Of a DNA stretch of 64,000 bases, positions 13,725 to 27,800 are shown piece by piece. This DNA is from Camelus dromedarius (lineage: Eukaryota). The stretch spans positions 61,134,001 through 61,198,000 of the forward strand of contig NC_087436.1 of NCBI RefSeq assembly GCF_036321535.1. The letters are read 5' to 3'. The notes beneath the pieces were generated by a model, which saw only the letters and a list, made by a program, of their open reading frames with translations, did no database searches and had not been told where the DNA came from. Positions within the stretch are counted from its first letter, which is position 1, and each line of letters begins with the position of its first letter. The position numbers were made by a program, and so were the translations under genes.

Positions 13725-14390
13725 CAATTCAAATATATTTATTGAGTGCACACCATGTTCCAGATAATAGATACTGTTTAAGTCCTGAGAGTAGTGAACA
13801 AAACAGACAGAAATCCCTGTGCTCTTGAAGTTTGCTTTCTTCAGGAGGGTAAGAGCAAATGGGAGGGTAAGAGCAAATCAAGCACGTAAAATGAAGAGCA
13901 TGATAGGAGATAAATAAGAAAGGAAGAAAGAGAGTGCCGGGGTGGGCACTTGCAATTTTAACTAGGGTGGTAAGGAAAGACTTCACTGACAAGTGACTTT
14001 CAAGTGACGTTCTGAATGAGCCCTGTGAGTATCTGAGGGAAGAACGTTCCAGGCAGTAGAAACAGTAAGTACAAAGACCTGAAGTAGAAGTGTGCTTAAT
14101 GTGTTCATGGTGAGCAAGAGACCAGTGTGGTTGAAGCGGGGAATACAGAGGGGAGAGTGGTGGAATATGAGATTAGAAAGGGAATGGGAGTCAGCATGTG
14201 TGGCCTTGTGGGCCATTATAAGGGCACTAGATTTTACTCTAAATATAATGGGGAGTTTTTGGAGGGGGTTGATCTAGGGACTCGTATGATCATATCTTAT
14301 GTTTTAAGAGATTTGCTCTGCAAATAGATTGTGCAGAGAAAAGGGTGGGCTCAAGAAGAGAAGTGTTTGGGTTCTGGATATATTTTGAAT
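13725..14390 (-). mobile_element. L2 LINE 3' fragment
   Basis: Reverse L2 end (aaatatatttattgagtgc..gtgaacaaaacagacagaaatccctg) and gaagaacgttccaggcag. Confidence 0.8.
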
Positions 14391-16831
14391 GGTGCTCTTT
14401 CAGAGTTTCCCCTGCCAATCCTAGCATTATCCCCTGGTACTTACTTAACACCTGTCATCCTCTTTCATATATTTAGACTAGACTAAAATAGGAGAAATCT
14501 TCCCTTTGACACTCACCTTTGCTCCCATAGGCAAACATTCTAATATGTGTGATGCATCTCCTCTTTATATGAGTTCTTGTAAATCAGGCATTATTCTTTT
14601 ATTATAGATTTTTAATTTAAATAGATGGCATTGTTCTACAGATCATATTTTGTTTCTTCCTGTATTTTAAAGCTGTATCTGTATTGCTGAATGTACCAAG
14701 AGTCTACTGCTTCTGACTGAAGCGAGACCATTTTTCAGATGAGACCACTGAACTGTGAAAAGACTATGTTAATAGCACGTTTCCCTGAGTTTTCTCCTCT
14801 TCAGTCCAAACCTGCCCACTTTTTCCAGCTGTCCCCAGATAACATGGGTTTGAGCCTTCTCTTGGGCTGGCTACTTTCCTCTGAGGCTTCCATGGTTTAT
14901 CTCTGCTTACAGACCTGGGCTTCTGAGAGCAGCATCTATGCCTGGAAACTCTTTGTTATTTGTCAGGTGTGGAAACAAGGTTTAGTAGCTAAGAAATGGC
15001 TGTAAGGACTTTGGGGCTAAGAAAGTAGAAGCCACGGGACAAAGTGAGCCCTCAGATTCCACATGCATCCAGGGCAGATCTTTGCCTCAATTTTCATGGG
15101 TACTACAGAGTAGTGGTTAAGAACTTGGGCTCTTGGATCTCATACATGTAGGTTTGCCTTTTAGTTCTTTTTCCAGTGTGACTTTGGATTGATCGCTTGG
15201 CCATTCTGAGCTGCACTTTCCCCATATGTAAAATCATGATAATCGCAGCACTAATTTTAAAAAAATGTTATTAGTATTACATGCAGTACTCTATGTATAC
15301 CTTTTGACATAAAGCCTGACACAGAGTGGGTCCTTGGTAAATATTGGCTATAATTTTAAGCATTAATTTATATAAACTCAGATTATCACAAAAAAAGAAA
15401 TACAGCTGTGTTTTTGCATCACAAAAAAATTAAAAGATTCCCTTTAATAGTAATTTCTCTAGTGCACTTGCTGTGTGCTTTAAATGACCAAAATTGGGTT
15501 TACATGCTGCTTTTCAGCAGTATAGACTGTATAAAGGATGGTTTACCGGTATGATGACAGTGAGGGAGATGTACCACATGACAATAAGAACTGTATTGAA
15601 AGCTTTCTGTCTATATGCAGACATGCCAACCTTATTGTGGGTTCTTTCTTTCTGTCTCTCGCTCTCAGATTCTTTACAATTGTAGTCCTTTTTTTTTAAT
15701 CTTGAAGGTAACACTGTATTTTCAGAAGTGATGTACTCTGTTTTCCCAGTGAAAACCTAGTAATGAGGACTTGAAGAGACTAAAAGATTTTAGTGTCACT
15801 GAAATCACAAGATTGGAAGGTAACCCCGAGGCCATCAGATACTCCTTTCTCTTTCCACAGATGAGGACACTGAGGCTTACAGAGGTAGGGTGACTTGATC
15901 AAGTTCACTCAGCTTATAAATGGCACAACAGATTTCCTGTCCAGTGTTCTTCTACTCATGGTTCCTAGGAAAGGTTGGATGTAAATCACCCACTTTGAGG
16001 GTTATTTTGTCTTAAAAACTCCAAGAATGGAATTTGTATCTTCCCATGGTAATCTATCCCAGTGAGAAAGTTTTTCCTTAAATACAGTCCAGCTGCCTCT
16101 TGGAACTATTTAAATACTCAAACGCAGCCCTGTCATGGAATTATACCGTAACATTTGGATATGATCAAGAGGAAAAACACAATGTAGGCTATATACATTT
16201 AGTCTACTTTTCCCTCCTTTTGCTTCCAACTCAAACTTCTTAAAGGTTCCTCCTTACTTTCTCCCCTCCTCTATTTAATGTCTCTCCCACTGGAATGTGA
16301 GCAACATGAAGACCAGGGTCTTTATCTGCTTCATTCCTTGTTGTATGAACAGTGCCTGGTGCAAAATAAGTACTAAGTGTATGTTGTCTGGAGGACTAGT
16401 AATCTTATTGAGTACCTGCTATGTGCCAGATACTCTTCTTGGTACACTGGATGCATAGCGTCCCTTAGTACCAATAGTAGGGAAAAGGAGAGAGAAAACA
16501 CATCTCTCTCTGATAGAGAAGCAAGGTTTAGACTCATCTTACCTGTCCCTGGAAACTCAGAGGGAATCTTTTGACTAAAGAGTAAGCAGCTTTTCTCCTT
16601 GACTCTCACATCATAACAACATGTCACTCCGTGCCTTACCTGTGCCTCACCACAGGTCACACGTGTGTGCACATGCACACACACTTGTGGGTCAGTTTGA
16701 TGTGATTTATGTAGCACCTAAATTCTCATCTGTCTCCCTAATACATATTTCTCACACCCGTGCATGGTACCTAAAATCCCCACTATCAATGATTCTCTGG
16801 GTTAGGGAACATCTAAAATAGACCTATTTTA

Positions 16832-16934
16832 TTTTATTTTATTTATTTTTTGCATATACATACATATATTCGTTTTCATATTCTTTTCCATTAAAAGTCA
16901 CTATTAAGATATTGAACACAATTCCCTGTGCTAT
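16832..16934 (-). mobile_element. ~100-bp L1 3'UTR insertion
   Basis: ttttcatattcttttccatta..gatattgaacacaattccctgtgctat. 15-bp TSD aatagacctatttta (16817-16831) / aatagacccatttta (16935-16949). Confidence 0.85.
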
Positions 16935-18714
16935 AATAGACCCATTTTAAATGATAAAAATTTTATCTAGAGACACCAAACATTAACCGTTAGCAACACC
17001 AGTACCTATAAGTGAATTTCTTTTTCAGGTTAGTTATTGAGGAGAGCAGAACCTGTGAGAAATGAGCATAAATAGTTACATTCTGTGAGGAAAGAGAGAT
17101 ACGAGGGGACTGGGCATGTTCTGGAACACTGCTACTCAAAGTGTAGTCTGGGGACTGCTCTTGGTCCACCATGAGATGAGTAGCTTGCAGGGTCACTAAG
17201 CACCCTTATTAAGTTGGCTGATTTTTTTTTGGTATCAAGACTTTGTCACTGGAGGAAGCAGCATATTAATTTACATTTGAGTGCAAACTCCTTATTTCAT
17301 CAGTCTACTAACAAGCAACTGATATATTAAGTAGCACTGATCTAGAAGATGGGCCACTGTCTCGGTAGGTAGCCCTAGTGAAACATTGTGAGAAAATCCA
17401 AGGGCTTTCAGGGGCGATGTGAGGACTCTGTCCCCTGGAGGTGGGCGGCAAGGATAGAAAAGATCAGTTTTGCTTATTACTTCACAGCTTTACCTAAGGA
17501 TCAGGCTTGACTTAAATGTTTTTGTTTTTTGTTTTTTTCTGCATCAGCATCTTGGAAAACATGTGCGAGGGGGACACTCAACACATTTTGTTAAGCATCA
17601 GTGTGGTGCAGTGGAAATAACAAAGAGTCAAATAGATAAAAGTTGAAGTCCATGGTTTTCCACTTACATCAGCTTGGTTACTGTGGGCAAATTTCTTAAC
17701 TTTTCTGTTTCCTCATAAGAATTGAAATGACAGGAGGCATCACATAAGTTTTATTATAAGCATCCCTAAAAGCAGACTTTCAGGCACATGAATGCTTTTT
17801 TGAATAAATGGACTGAGTGATATTTCCCATGCTATATCTCATTTACTCATCTCAATAACTCTACAGTGTAGGAACTATTATAAGCCCATTTTATAGATGA
17901 GGAAACAGAGGCTTAAAACTCAAAGCCTAAGAAAAGGTAAACAATTTGCTTAAAGTCTAAGCTGGAGCCAGGATGACTCATAGCTCAAAAGAATGGCTAT
18001 AAAGCAGCACACACAGTTTTCCTGAAGGCATCTTTGTTATATCTAATACTAATCACTTGACTGTGTGGGCGCTGACTTGATAAGGGAACATGAACTGAAT
18101 CATTAAGCCTCCAAGTTATTGTCTTCACTTTACAGACCACAAAAATGACTTGGTTGAGGAAATTCCACCAAATATTTTAATGTTTTAAAATTTAAAAAGT
18201 GAGATCTTTCTAAATGGTTTTGCAAAGGTCAATAGGATTAGTATACCCTTTGAACATGGTTATTTTATATAAAATCAGGTAGCATGGAGGAAACTTCACA
18301 GACAACTCACATAATAGAAATGTAACATATTTGCCCTTTTTCTTTTCCTTGGTGGCAAATGTGTGATTACTTGAAGCAAATTGGTAGAATAAATGGTTCC
18401 ACCTAGAAGTTATTCTCTGGAAATGGGTGGATTATCTGTAAATGTTATTTTACATTCTCAAATTCATCAAAAATCATCAACTCCAAGTACCTTGAAAAGA
18501 ACGAGCAGATAATGGGCAGCTAAAATTGATGGATTGGAAGCCTGAAGAAAATGTGTGCTCTTGGGGACATTTGCAATTGCCTCCTAAGTTCTATATGATT
18601 TAAACAAACTACTTCTAACTCACTTTATAGGTCAAACTTCATTTTTAGCCTCCTGTGAAATGAAAATTAACCTTGAGGTAAATTCATAGAATTTCCTAAG
18701 TAAAAATGAGAGTC

Positions 18715-19018
18715 CTAACAGACATTAATAAGTGTTCTTAGGAAAAAAGGTTATGTAGTTAAAAAGTTCTGAAGCCACTGGGTTCAGCAGAGGTTCATAG
18801 ATTTCTTTAGTGCAGGACTTCTCAGAGCCTCTAAGTACTCATGTGGACTTTGAGCATCCCAGAGGGCAGTAAACAGCATGAACTTATTGACCATGCAAAC
18901 CACAACCCACACCACTCCTGCTGCCTTGCCCCCATGAAACTACATAATTTTTTTCCCTGAATACTTCTTAATGTCTAGTGGGGTTAGTGTCCCCAGGAAC
19001 ACACTTTGAGAAATACTG
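18715..19018. mobile_element. Probable hAT-type DNA transposon relic
   Basis: Ends in ggaacacactttgagaaatactg, typical of MER/Charlie termini. Confidence 0.45.
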
Positions 19019-19569
19019 ATTTTTTTCTAACCCCTGCCATTTTATAGTTTAGGAAAATCGAGTTTCACGGAGTTATGTACCTTATAGTCAATATTGTAGT
19101 TTTCTGTCTGCTTATGAGATGTGACTATAAAGTAATATGATTATAATTTTATGATCATAGAACTATGGCTTGGAGATGGGTGTTATCTTTCAAAATGGAA
19201 CCCTTGAATGTGTTCACATTGAATGTCTCAATGATGGTACCTTCATTCAAAACAGTTTCAGAGCTTCTCTTTTGGTTATTGCTACACTCACATTACTAGA
19301 CCTGCTTATAATACAGTCAGCCTCAGGACTGCAGACCAAGAACTAACTGGTATCTTCATGGTAGAAAAAGCACTGGTTTAGGGCATCAGCAAAACTTGAG
19401 TTCTTTGAGTCTCCACTTGACCATTAACAAATTAAATGACTATTTGTAAAACTCTCAGAGCCTAGTTTCTTCATCTGTTAATAAACTGGTCACTAGAATA
19501 GCTATCTCGTGGGGACTTTGTTTGCATTAAATAATGCCTGCAGGCATCCTTTACAGGAAAGATATTGAT

Positions 19570-19790
19570 TGTGTAGTTAGAAGTTGATTGTTTGAGTTAG
19601 ATTTTCAGCTCTACTGTTTACTAGCTTTTTGACCTTGGGAAAATTATTTTACTCCATTGCCTCACTTTTAAAGTGGCAATGTAAGAATTTCTACCTTATA
19701 GGGTAGTGTGGACTAATAAAATAATATACGCACAGTGCTTAGCACAGTGCCTGACATGTAGTAAATGTCCTATAAATGCTAGAGGCTGTT
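19570..19790 (+). mobile_element. MIR SINE
   Basis: gaccttgggaaaatt..gtgcttagcacagtgcctgacatgtagtaaatg. Confidence 0.75.
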
Positions 19791-19967
19791 ATTCTGACCT
19801 TGAAGAATTACATAGACTTGAAAATTTTTCCTTTTCAAGGGAATTCTTGATTTTGTTAGGAATGAATAGGTAGGAAAGCAAGGTAAGGAAAAGATGGAGG
19901 ACAAGATTTGAGAATGATTGCTTGGATAAAAAAAATACATGTTATGTTGACTAGCCTTGGCTCAGTT

Positions 19968-20512
19968 TGTATATTAGTTATCTATTGCTGTGTAATAATA
20001 TTACCACAGTCTTGGCAGCTTAAAACAACACACATTTATTATCTCAGTTTCTGTGGGTCAGGAGTGTGGGCATGGCTAAGTTGGGTCCTCTGTAATGTTG
20101 CAAACTATTAGCCAGGGCTGGGATCTCATCTGAATGCTTGACTGGAAAGGGTTTACTTCGAAGCTCACGTGGTGATTGGCAGCATTCAGTTCCTTCCAGG
20201 CTGTTGACCCAGGGCTTTAATTTCTGGTTGTCTGTCAGCTCTAGGCTACCTTCAGCTCCTTGTAATACGGACTTTCTCAATGTGATGACTTGCTTCCTTA
20301 AAGCCAGCAAGGGAAAATGTGGTGCTAGCAAGACAGGTTACAATCTTAGGTAATATAATTGTGTACATGTAGTTATGTATATCCCACTATGTTTGCTGTA
20401 TTCTATTGCTAGGAACAAGTCACAGACTCTGCCCACACTTGAGGGGAGGGGATCACACAAGAGCATGAGTACTAGGAGTCAGAGGTCATGGGGACACCCT
20501 AGAGTCTGCCTG
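19968..20512 (-). mobile_element. MaLR LTR (MLT1-like)
   Basis: tgtatattagttatctattgctgtgtaa..gcttaaaacaacacacatttattatctcagtttctgtgggtcaggag. Confidence 0.8.
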
Positions 20513-22259
20513 GGCAGATTGTTTCCAAAAATCAACCCAACTTAAAAGGATGAAGATCTTAAAAAAAAAAAGAGTGAAAATCTTGACAGAAAGTACCCCT
20601 GAAACCAATTTTTAAGATGACATTTTGGGGACCAAAGCAGTATGGTTGGAATATGTATAGTTTCCCAAGATGATCATTTTGAAAGGACAATACCTGTTTC
20701 AATCAGAATTTATATCTGGTCATGCTGTTAGAAGTCGATCATATTATTTCATGGTCAGATTTCATTGACTCTAAAACTAAGAGGATTTTCCTTATAATCT
20801 ACATTCTATTTTATATAAACCTTTGGCATTCTACCTTGCATGGACTTTCCTCTAAAGACCTGTCCAGGCTGATCGATAGGCTGACTGAAGGTACTTTATT
20901 ATGCAGCAAATCTTAGATATGAGCTCTCATTACCTGCAGAAATCTGAAAACATAAATCTACGTTTATAGAAGTTTCCTTGATTTTTTGTGTTCAAGGCTC
21001 TGAATTTACCACATAACAGCACAAGTAGTTGTTTCTCTTTGGTTGTATATGCCGTGGGAGTTTGTGTTCAATAGCTTCAATCACCAGGAGTTTGGTATTG
21101 AACCTCAGGACATGGGAGAAGTGTTGTGTAGGACTATGTCATGCTCACCTATGTGATAATCACCGTAAGAAGAATAACACGCACATATAGGTATCATAAA
21201 GAAACTGAAACTTGATAAATACCTTTGTGAAAACAGCCTTGGGGCAAAAGGTCATCTTAACTTTTGGGTATAAGGAAGCTATAAAATCAACAAATCATAG
21301 GGTATAAAAATCTCTTAATTTAGTTTGATGAAGACAGATTTTAGGTTGTGCTTCAACAAGAGAATATGAGGTTACAGCAAACCACTTGAAAAATGGAAGT
21401 GAGCAGGAAGGGCCTTTCTTAGTTTCAGCTTCATAGACATCACAGTGAGACAACAATGAATGCATTTAGATGCTGCGATTGCTCCCTGGAAGAAAATCTT
21501 CTGTGGAGATTTTTCAAAACTCTGATCCATTGCCCAGAATTTTCTAGTCATGTTATTGATTCATTATTTTCACTTCATTTGAAACATTATTCATTTACAA
21601 CTTTTGTTTGTGGTTGAGTTCTACTGAGAATAAAATCTGCAAAATGTTTCTACTTGATCTTCATTTTTCTTTGAATGTTCTTGATAGTACCAATAGAACC
21701 GGGAGTGTTATTATCACAGGCAAGTATAGCTTGTATGTATTAAAATCTGATATACTCATCATTTGGGTCAGGATAGTGCATGCTGGTTGTATAAGTAAAT
21801 TCAAGGTTTCTTATAAATATTGTTGTTTTGGTAAATAAATATTCTTAGGCTCATACTTTAAAAATCACATTTCGAGAATAAATCACCTTAAGACCCCAAA
21901 AGAGAAAAACTCTAACCACGTCTATGACAACAGCATTAAACAACGAAAGATCTCATCCTCATGTTAGATTTTAGTCCAAGGTCCGCCCTATATGTGACAA
22001 TGGGCAGTTTGCTTAACCCCAGACTTAGATATTATATAAAAGGCTTTTGAGATCTAGAATCCCATAACTCCTAGAGAGACAGAGAGGCAGCAATCTTTTA
22101 CAAACAGAGTGTCACATTTCTAACCTCTGATTTTCTAATATTTTCAAGGTATAGCCGAGGTCACTTTGTGCTGACTCCTATGAGCAGGGGTGAGAGAGGA
22201 AGTGCAGGGATAATAAAAGGATGAATAGCGAGTCCCAAACTGTCAAAGGGCAAGTGTTA

Positions 22260-22700
22260 TTGATCAATTCAGCCACATGTATTAAGCATTTTCAAATACA
22301 AAGCATAGTGCTAGATATTGCAGAGGGTGCAAAGAAGATTAAGACATAGTCATATACTTAAAATGCTTACAAGATAGAAGAAAAATAAATGTTGATAAGT
22401 AAAATAAGCAAAGACAAGGCAGGATATAAAGTATTTTCACAAGAAAGACTCAGACCAGGTATTATTGAAATTTACATGGACTGATCGTGTCTAGTTTGGA
22501 GGGGTTGGGCCCAAAAAAGCTTTCATTGAAAGATGACATTTGAGATGGACATTAAAGGATGGAGAGGAGTTTGCCTGATAAAAATGGAGGGAAGGAAGTG
22601 CTGGGTAGAGGGAGGTGCATAAGCTATGGCTCAGAGATGGGGAAACATGGGCTTTGGGAGTAAAACTGAATAGTCCATTTGATTGGACAGTAGACGGTTG
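22260..22700 (-). mobile_element. Degraded L2 fragment
   Basis: gatgacatttgagatggacattaaaggatggagaggagtttgcc. Confidence 0.55.
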
Positions 22701-23911
22701 TGTTGAAAGAGCAGGCAATGGCTTCATGTCTTTAAGCAATAACAGAATTATGAAAGCCCAAATGGGTTACACGATTGAGCATTCTGGCTTATGCAGCATG
22801 CTGGCCTTCTGAGACAAATTCATTTTTATCTTTATGCCAATAGAATGCATTTTAAGGGTACAGCTGTCATTCCAACAATATACCATCTTTTGTACTGACC
22901 CAGTGTAGTTACACAACTTTTATCTATGTAATGCAATGCTTTCTAACAGCATTAGAGAAATAGCTAACATCTTCATTATTTAAGAACATCAAGCGCCATC
23001 CAACATTCATTTTGTCAGGAGCATAAAAAAATCTTCAAGGCTTCTATGTGGAGAAAACCACTCTGTTTAGTGTATCCTCTTGAACATGAAAATGGTCTGG
23101 TTCTTGAAGGGACAATTTCCAAACCTGGCTAAAAAATGTTATGCCTCTTTTATTTTTGTCACCTGGTAGCTATCACCTTCATATTGCTTTTGGGCATAAC
23201 TATTTTTTTAAATATTTGTCTTGCTTTCTTTGGGGCATTTAAAATTTACTTATTTATTTTTTAGTATTACTGAATTCCATGCTGGCTTCCTGTGTTATCA
23301 AAGATTGTGTAAAGGCATGTAAGGAATAGCTACTCTTGTGCATTTTGCCTTCTCTTTGTCAATTGCGGGCACAGCTCTCATGGATTATTTAAACTCCTGT
23401 CCTGGAGTGAGCCCAGGAGTGCTTCAAGTATTCATAAAGAAGTCTCTTGAAGCTTCCCTAAAGGAATCACACTCTCAGTGGTAGTGAGTGAAGTGAAGTG
23501 GCAGCAGCAGTTGTAGGACTGAAATAAACATTGGGCCAAAATCCTGAACTGAGATTTTGGCATTTCCATAATCTGTATGTGTTGGTATCTAATGGCAAAG
23601 CACTATTTATACATGGAAGAGGCTGGTTAACAAGGGAGCAAAGCAAAAGTAACAATGGCTTTAGCAGTAAAAACACTTTTCAGGTGTTTAGGTGCCAGGA
23701 ACTATATAATTCTGAAAAATCCTATGTTATGATTCTTGTTTCCATTTTTCAGATGAGGAAACTAAAGCACTGAGAGATTAAGTTACTGATTCAGAAATCA
23801 CACAGTGTAAGTGGTGGAGCTGAAATAGGCAACAGTTTTTTCTAAGTGCAGGGGATTCAGCTTTGTCAGTATAGCTGGGGATGGAAAGCATGGGGGATTT
23901 GTGTTCTCAGA

Positions 23912-24319
23912 TGTGGTGGATGGTCTAGGACCCTGCCTAGATCTCCTTGTGGAACTGAGGCACCCATTCCCTCAGCTCCTGGGAGTGTTGGCAGTTGATG
24001 ACTCTTGACTGAGTTCTTCTTTGCCATTGCCCTCAGCAGGAGAGAGCCATTTCACCTAGGTCATACATACCCTTTCCTTGGGAAAGCCAGAATCTAAGGG
24101 TGTGTCTATGGGGAGAGTGGGATATGGAGGCCTGGACTCCTTGCCTTAAGGCAGGACAACTCCCCAAGGCCATCAGCTCCAGAGACCTAAATGGGATTTT
24201 GGGTTCAGCTTCCCAGTCATACTTCCTTCTCACCTACATAAATGTTGAGACTGAGAGCTCCCTATAATAATCTCTTGCACACACATCTCAAACTCAGAAT
24301 CTGTTCTTGAACTAAGACA
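23912..24319 (+). mobile_element. ERVL-type LTR (LTR16-like)
   Basis: tgtggtgg..cacccattccctcagctcctgggagtgttggc..ctcagaatctg..ctaagaca. Confidence 0.65.
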
Positions 24320-24879
24320 TTAGTGTGGGGGAAGGAACTTCCTGGGCTTCAGAGCCTGGAGACTTGGATTTCCCTCTGTGTTCCAACACATCCTCCCTAA
24401 CTGTAAGTTCTTGGGTATGCTATAATACTATCCTGAGCTAGTTTCATCATCTGTTCAATGGAAATGATAATCCTGGGTGATTGTTAGGATTAAGTAAAAT
24501 AAGTGTATAAAATATATTGCATGATGTTTAGCTCATGGCTGGTCCCCCGTTAACATTGTTCGGGCACTAATAAGTGGCTGGCCCTGCAGTCTCAGCAGGA
24601 GGTGGCTAGGAAAGAGAGAAGCCAAGAGGTTTTCTGGTGAAGGTCAGTTGGGTAGGTGCTAGAAGGCCTGTGGCCTAAGCAGTGCTCACCATCCTCTTTA
24701 GTGTGAAAATCACAGTCATGACTGCAAGTCCCAGCAGCTTTGCTTAATGGCCTGGCTTCCTGGGAGTTTTCTAAGCGTGGTTTGTGCAGTCATTCCCATA
24801 AGTTTATATTATGTATACATATAAAAAATTTTTTAACCATTTTAAAATTTATTTATGTATTTGTTTTACAATATCATAT

Positions 24880-27800
24880 TTTTAAATTGAAGTATAGTTG
24901 ATGGACAATATTATATGTTACAGGTATACAATATAGCGATACACAAATTTTTAAAGTTTATATTCCATTTATAGTTATTATAAAATATTGGCTATATTCC
25001 CAGTGTTGTACAATACATCCTTGTAGTTTATTTTATACCTGATAGTTTGTACCTCTTAATCCTCCACCACCATCATGCTCCTCCCTTCCCCTCTCTCCCT
25101 TGGTGACCACTAGTTCTTTCTCTACATCTGTGAGTCTGTTTCTTTTCTGTTATGTTCACTAGTTTGTTTTATTTTTTTAGATTCTACATGTAAGTGATAT
25201 ATTACAGTATTTGTCTTTCTCTTTCTCTGTCTGACTTATTTCACTTAGCATAATGCCATCCAAGTCCATCCATGCTGTACAAAAGAAACTAATGCAACAT
25301 TTTAAGTCAACTGTACTCTTCAGTTAAAAAGCAAACAAGCAACCAACCCACCTATTTAAAATATGGGCAAAAGAACTGAACAGACATTTTTCCAAAAGAG
25401 GAAATGCAGATGGCCAACAGGAACATGAAAAGTTGCTCAGCATCACTAATATCAAGGAAATGCAAATCAGAATCACAATGAGATATCACCTACCTGTCAG
25501 AATGGCCATCATCAAAAAGAACACAAATAACAAATGTTGGCAAGGATCTGGAGAAAAGGGAACCTTTGTACACTGTTGGTGGGAATGTAAATTGGTGCAG
25601 CCACTACAGAAAACAATATGGTTTCTCAAAAACCTAGAAATAGAACCACCATATGGCCCAGCAGTTCCACTCCTGGGCATATACCTTAGAAAAACAAAAA
25701 CATTAATTCAAAAAGATACATATACCCCACTATTAACAGCAACATTATTTATAATTGCCAAGATATGGAAGCATCCTAAGTGCACATCAGTGTATCAGAT
25801 TTCTGGTTAAGATGGCAGAGTAGTAGACCCCCAGCTCACCTTTCTTCGTGACTACAACAAAACTACAACTGACTGCTAAACAACCATCAAAAAAAAAAAA
25901 AAAAAAGATCCTTTTTGCTAGGTTCCAGTCTTCTTAACTGGAAATGTAAAGAGGGAACCATAGTAGGATGGTAGAAAGGGTGTGCTCATGATATAATTGG
26001 GCCCCATACCCGCTGGGTGGGCAGCCCACAAGCTGAAGAATAATTAAGTTGTGGAGGCCCTCCCACAGGTGTGAGAGTACTAAGCCCCATGTTAGTCTCC
26101 CCACCCCTGGATTCTGGCACCGGGAGGAGGAGACCCCAGGACATCTGGTTTTGAAGGCCAGTAGGGCTTAACTCCAGGAGCCCCCATGGAGCTGGGGGAA
26201 ACAGAGACTTCATTCTCTTGGGAAGTGTACACAGAATCTTGAGTGCCCCAGGTCCAAGGGCAGAGGCAGTGATTTCATAGGAACCTGGGCCAGACCTGCC
26301 TGCTAGTTTTGGAGGGTTTCCTGGGGAGGTAGGGGACAGCTGCAGCTCACCCAGCAGACATAAAAGCTGGTGGCGGACATTCTGGGAGTGTTTATCTACA
26401 TGAGCTTTCTTGGAGGCTGACATCTCGATTGGATCATTAGCACCAAGACGTAGCCCCACCCAGCAGCCTGTAGGCTTAAGGGCTGGGAAACCTCAGGCCA
26501 AACAACATACTGTGTTCCCATCCATCAGCAGACTTCCTGAGTCACAAATGCCTCTAGACACAGCCCTACCCATCAGAAGTCCAGGACCAAGCTTCACCCA
26601 GCAGTGGGCAGGCACTGGCTCCTCCTGCTGGGAAACCTGCATAAGCCTCTAGTCCTGCCTCATCCACCATGGGGCAGATACCAGAAATAAGAAAACAACA
26701 ATCCCAAAGCCTGTGGAAGGAATCACAAACACAGGTCAGACTCTACCCTGGGACCAGCTGGACTCTGGCCCTTGGGTGACAAGAGGAATGTACTGCTAGG
26801 ACTCATAGGATGTCTCCCACAGAGGACCATCTGTCCAAGGTTGAGAAATGTAACTAACCTACCTAAAAATACAAATAGAAAGATAGACAATATGAGGCGG
26901 CAGAGGAGTATCTTCGAGGCCAATGCACAAGATAAAATCCCAGAAGAAGAAGTAAGTGATGAGGACACAGGCAGTTTATCTAAGAATGAGTTTAAAGTAA
27001 TGATGGCAAAGATGTTCTCAAGAGAACTCAAGAGGAGCATAGATGCACTGAGTGAAGTTTTTAGGAAAGAGTTGGAAAATATAAAGAATACCCAAACAGA
27101 ATTGAAGAATAAAATCACTGAAATGAATAACACACTAAAAGGAACCAAGGATAGACTAAATGAGGCAGAAGAATGGATCAGTGAGCTAGAAGACAGATTA
27201 ATTGAAATCACTATTGCAGAACAGAAAAAAGAAAAAATGAAAAGAAATGAGGATAGTTTAAGAAAACTCTGGGACAACATGAAGTGCACTAATATTCACA
27301 TTATAGGGGGTCCCAGAAAGAGAAGAGAGAGAGAAAGGACCCGAGAAAATTTTTGAAGAGATAACCAAAAACTTCCCCAACTTTTGGAAAGGAAACAATC
27401 ACCCAAGTCCAAGATGCACAGAGAGTTCCACACAGGATCAACCCAAAGACGAACACACCAAGGCACATAGTCATCAAATTGACAACAATTAAGGATGAGG
27501 AGAAAATATTAAAATTAGCAAGAGAAAAGCAACAAATAACATACAAGGGAACTCCCATAAAGTTATCAGCTGATTTTTCAGCAGAAACTGTGCAGGCCAG
27601 AAGGTAGTGGCATGATATATTTAAAGTGATGAAAGGGGAAAACTTACAACCAAGAATACTCTATCTAGCAAGGCTCTTGTTCACATTTGATGGAGAAATC
27701 AGAAGCTTCACAGATAAACAGAAGCTAAAAGATTTCAGCACCACCAAACCAGCTTTACAACAAATGTTAAAGGACCTTCTCTAGTCATCAAACCGTAAGA

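Noticed and set aside
13843..13878. Short tandem duplications (ggagggtaagagcaaat x2; also near 32344-32383 and 39020-39041)
   Set aside because: Ordinary slippage duplications without spacers; not an array.
15550..15650. C-box motif ATGATGA (snoRNA?)
   Set aside because: No D box (CTGA) or terminal stem at a suitable distance.
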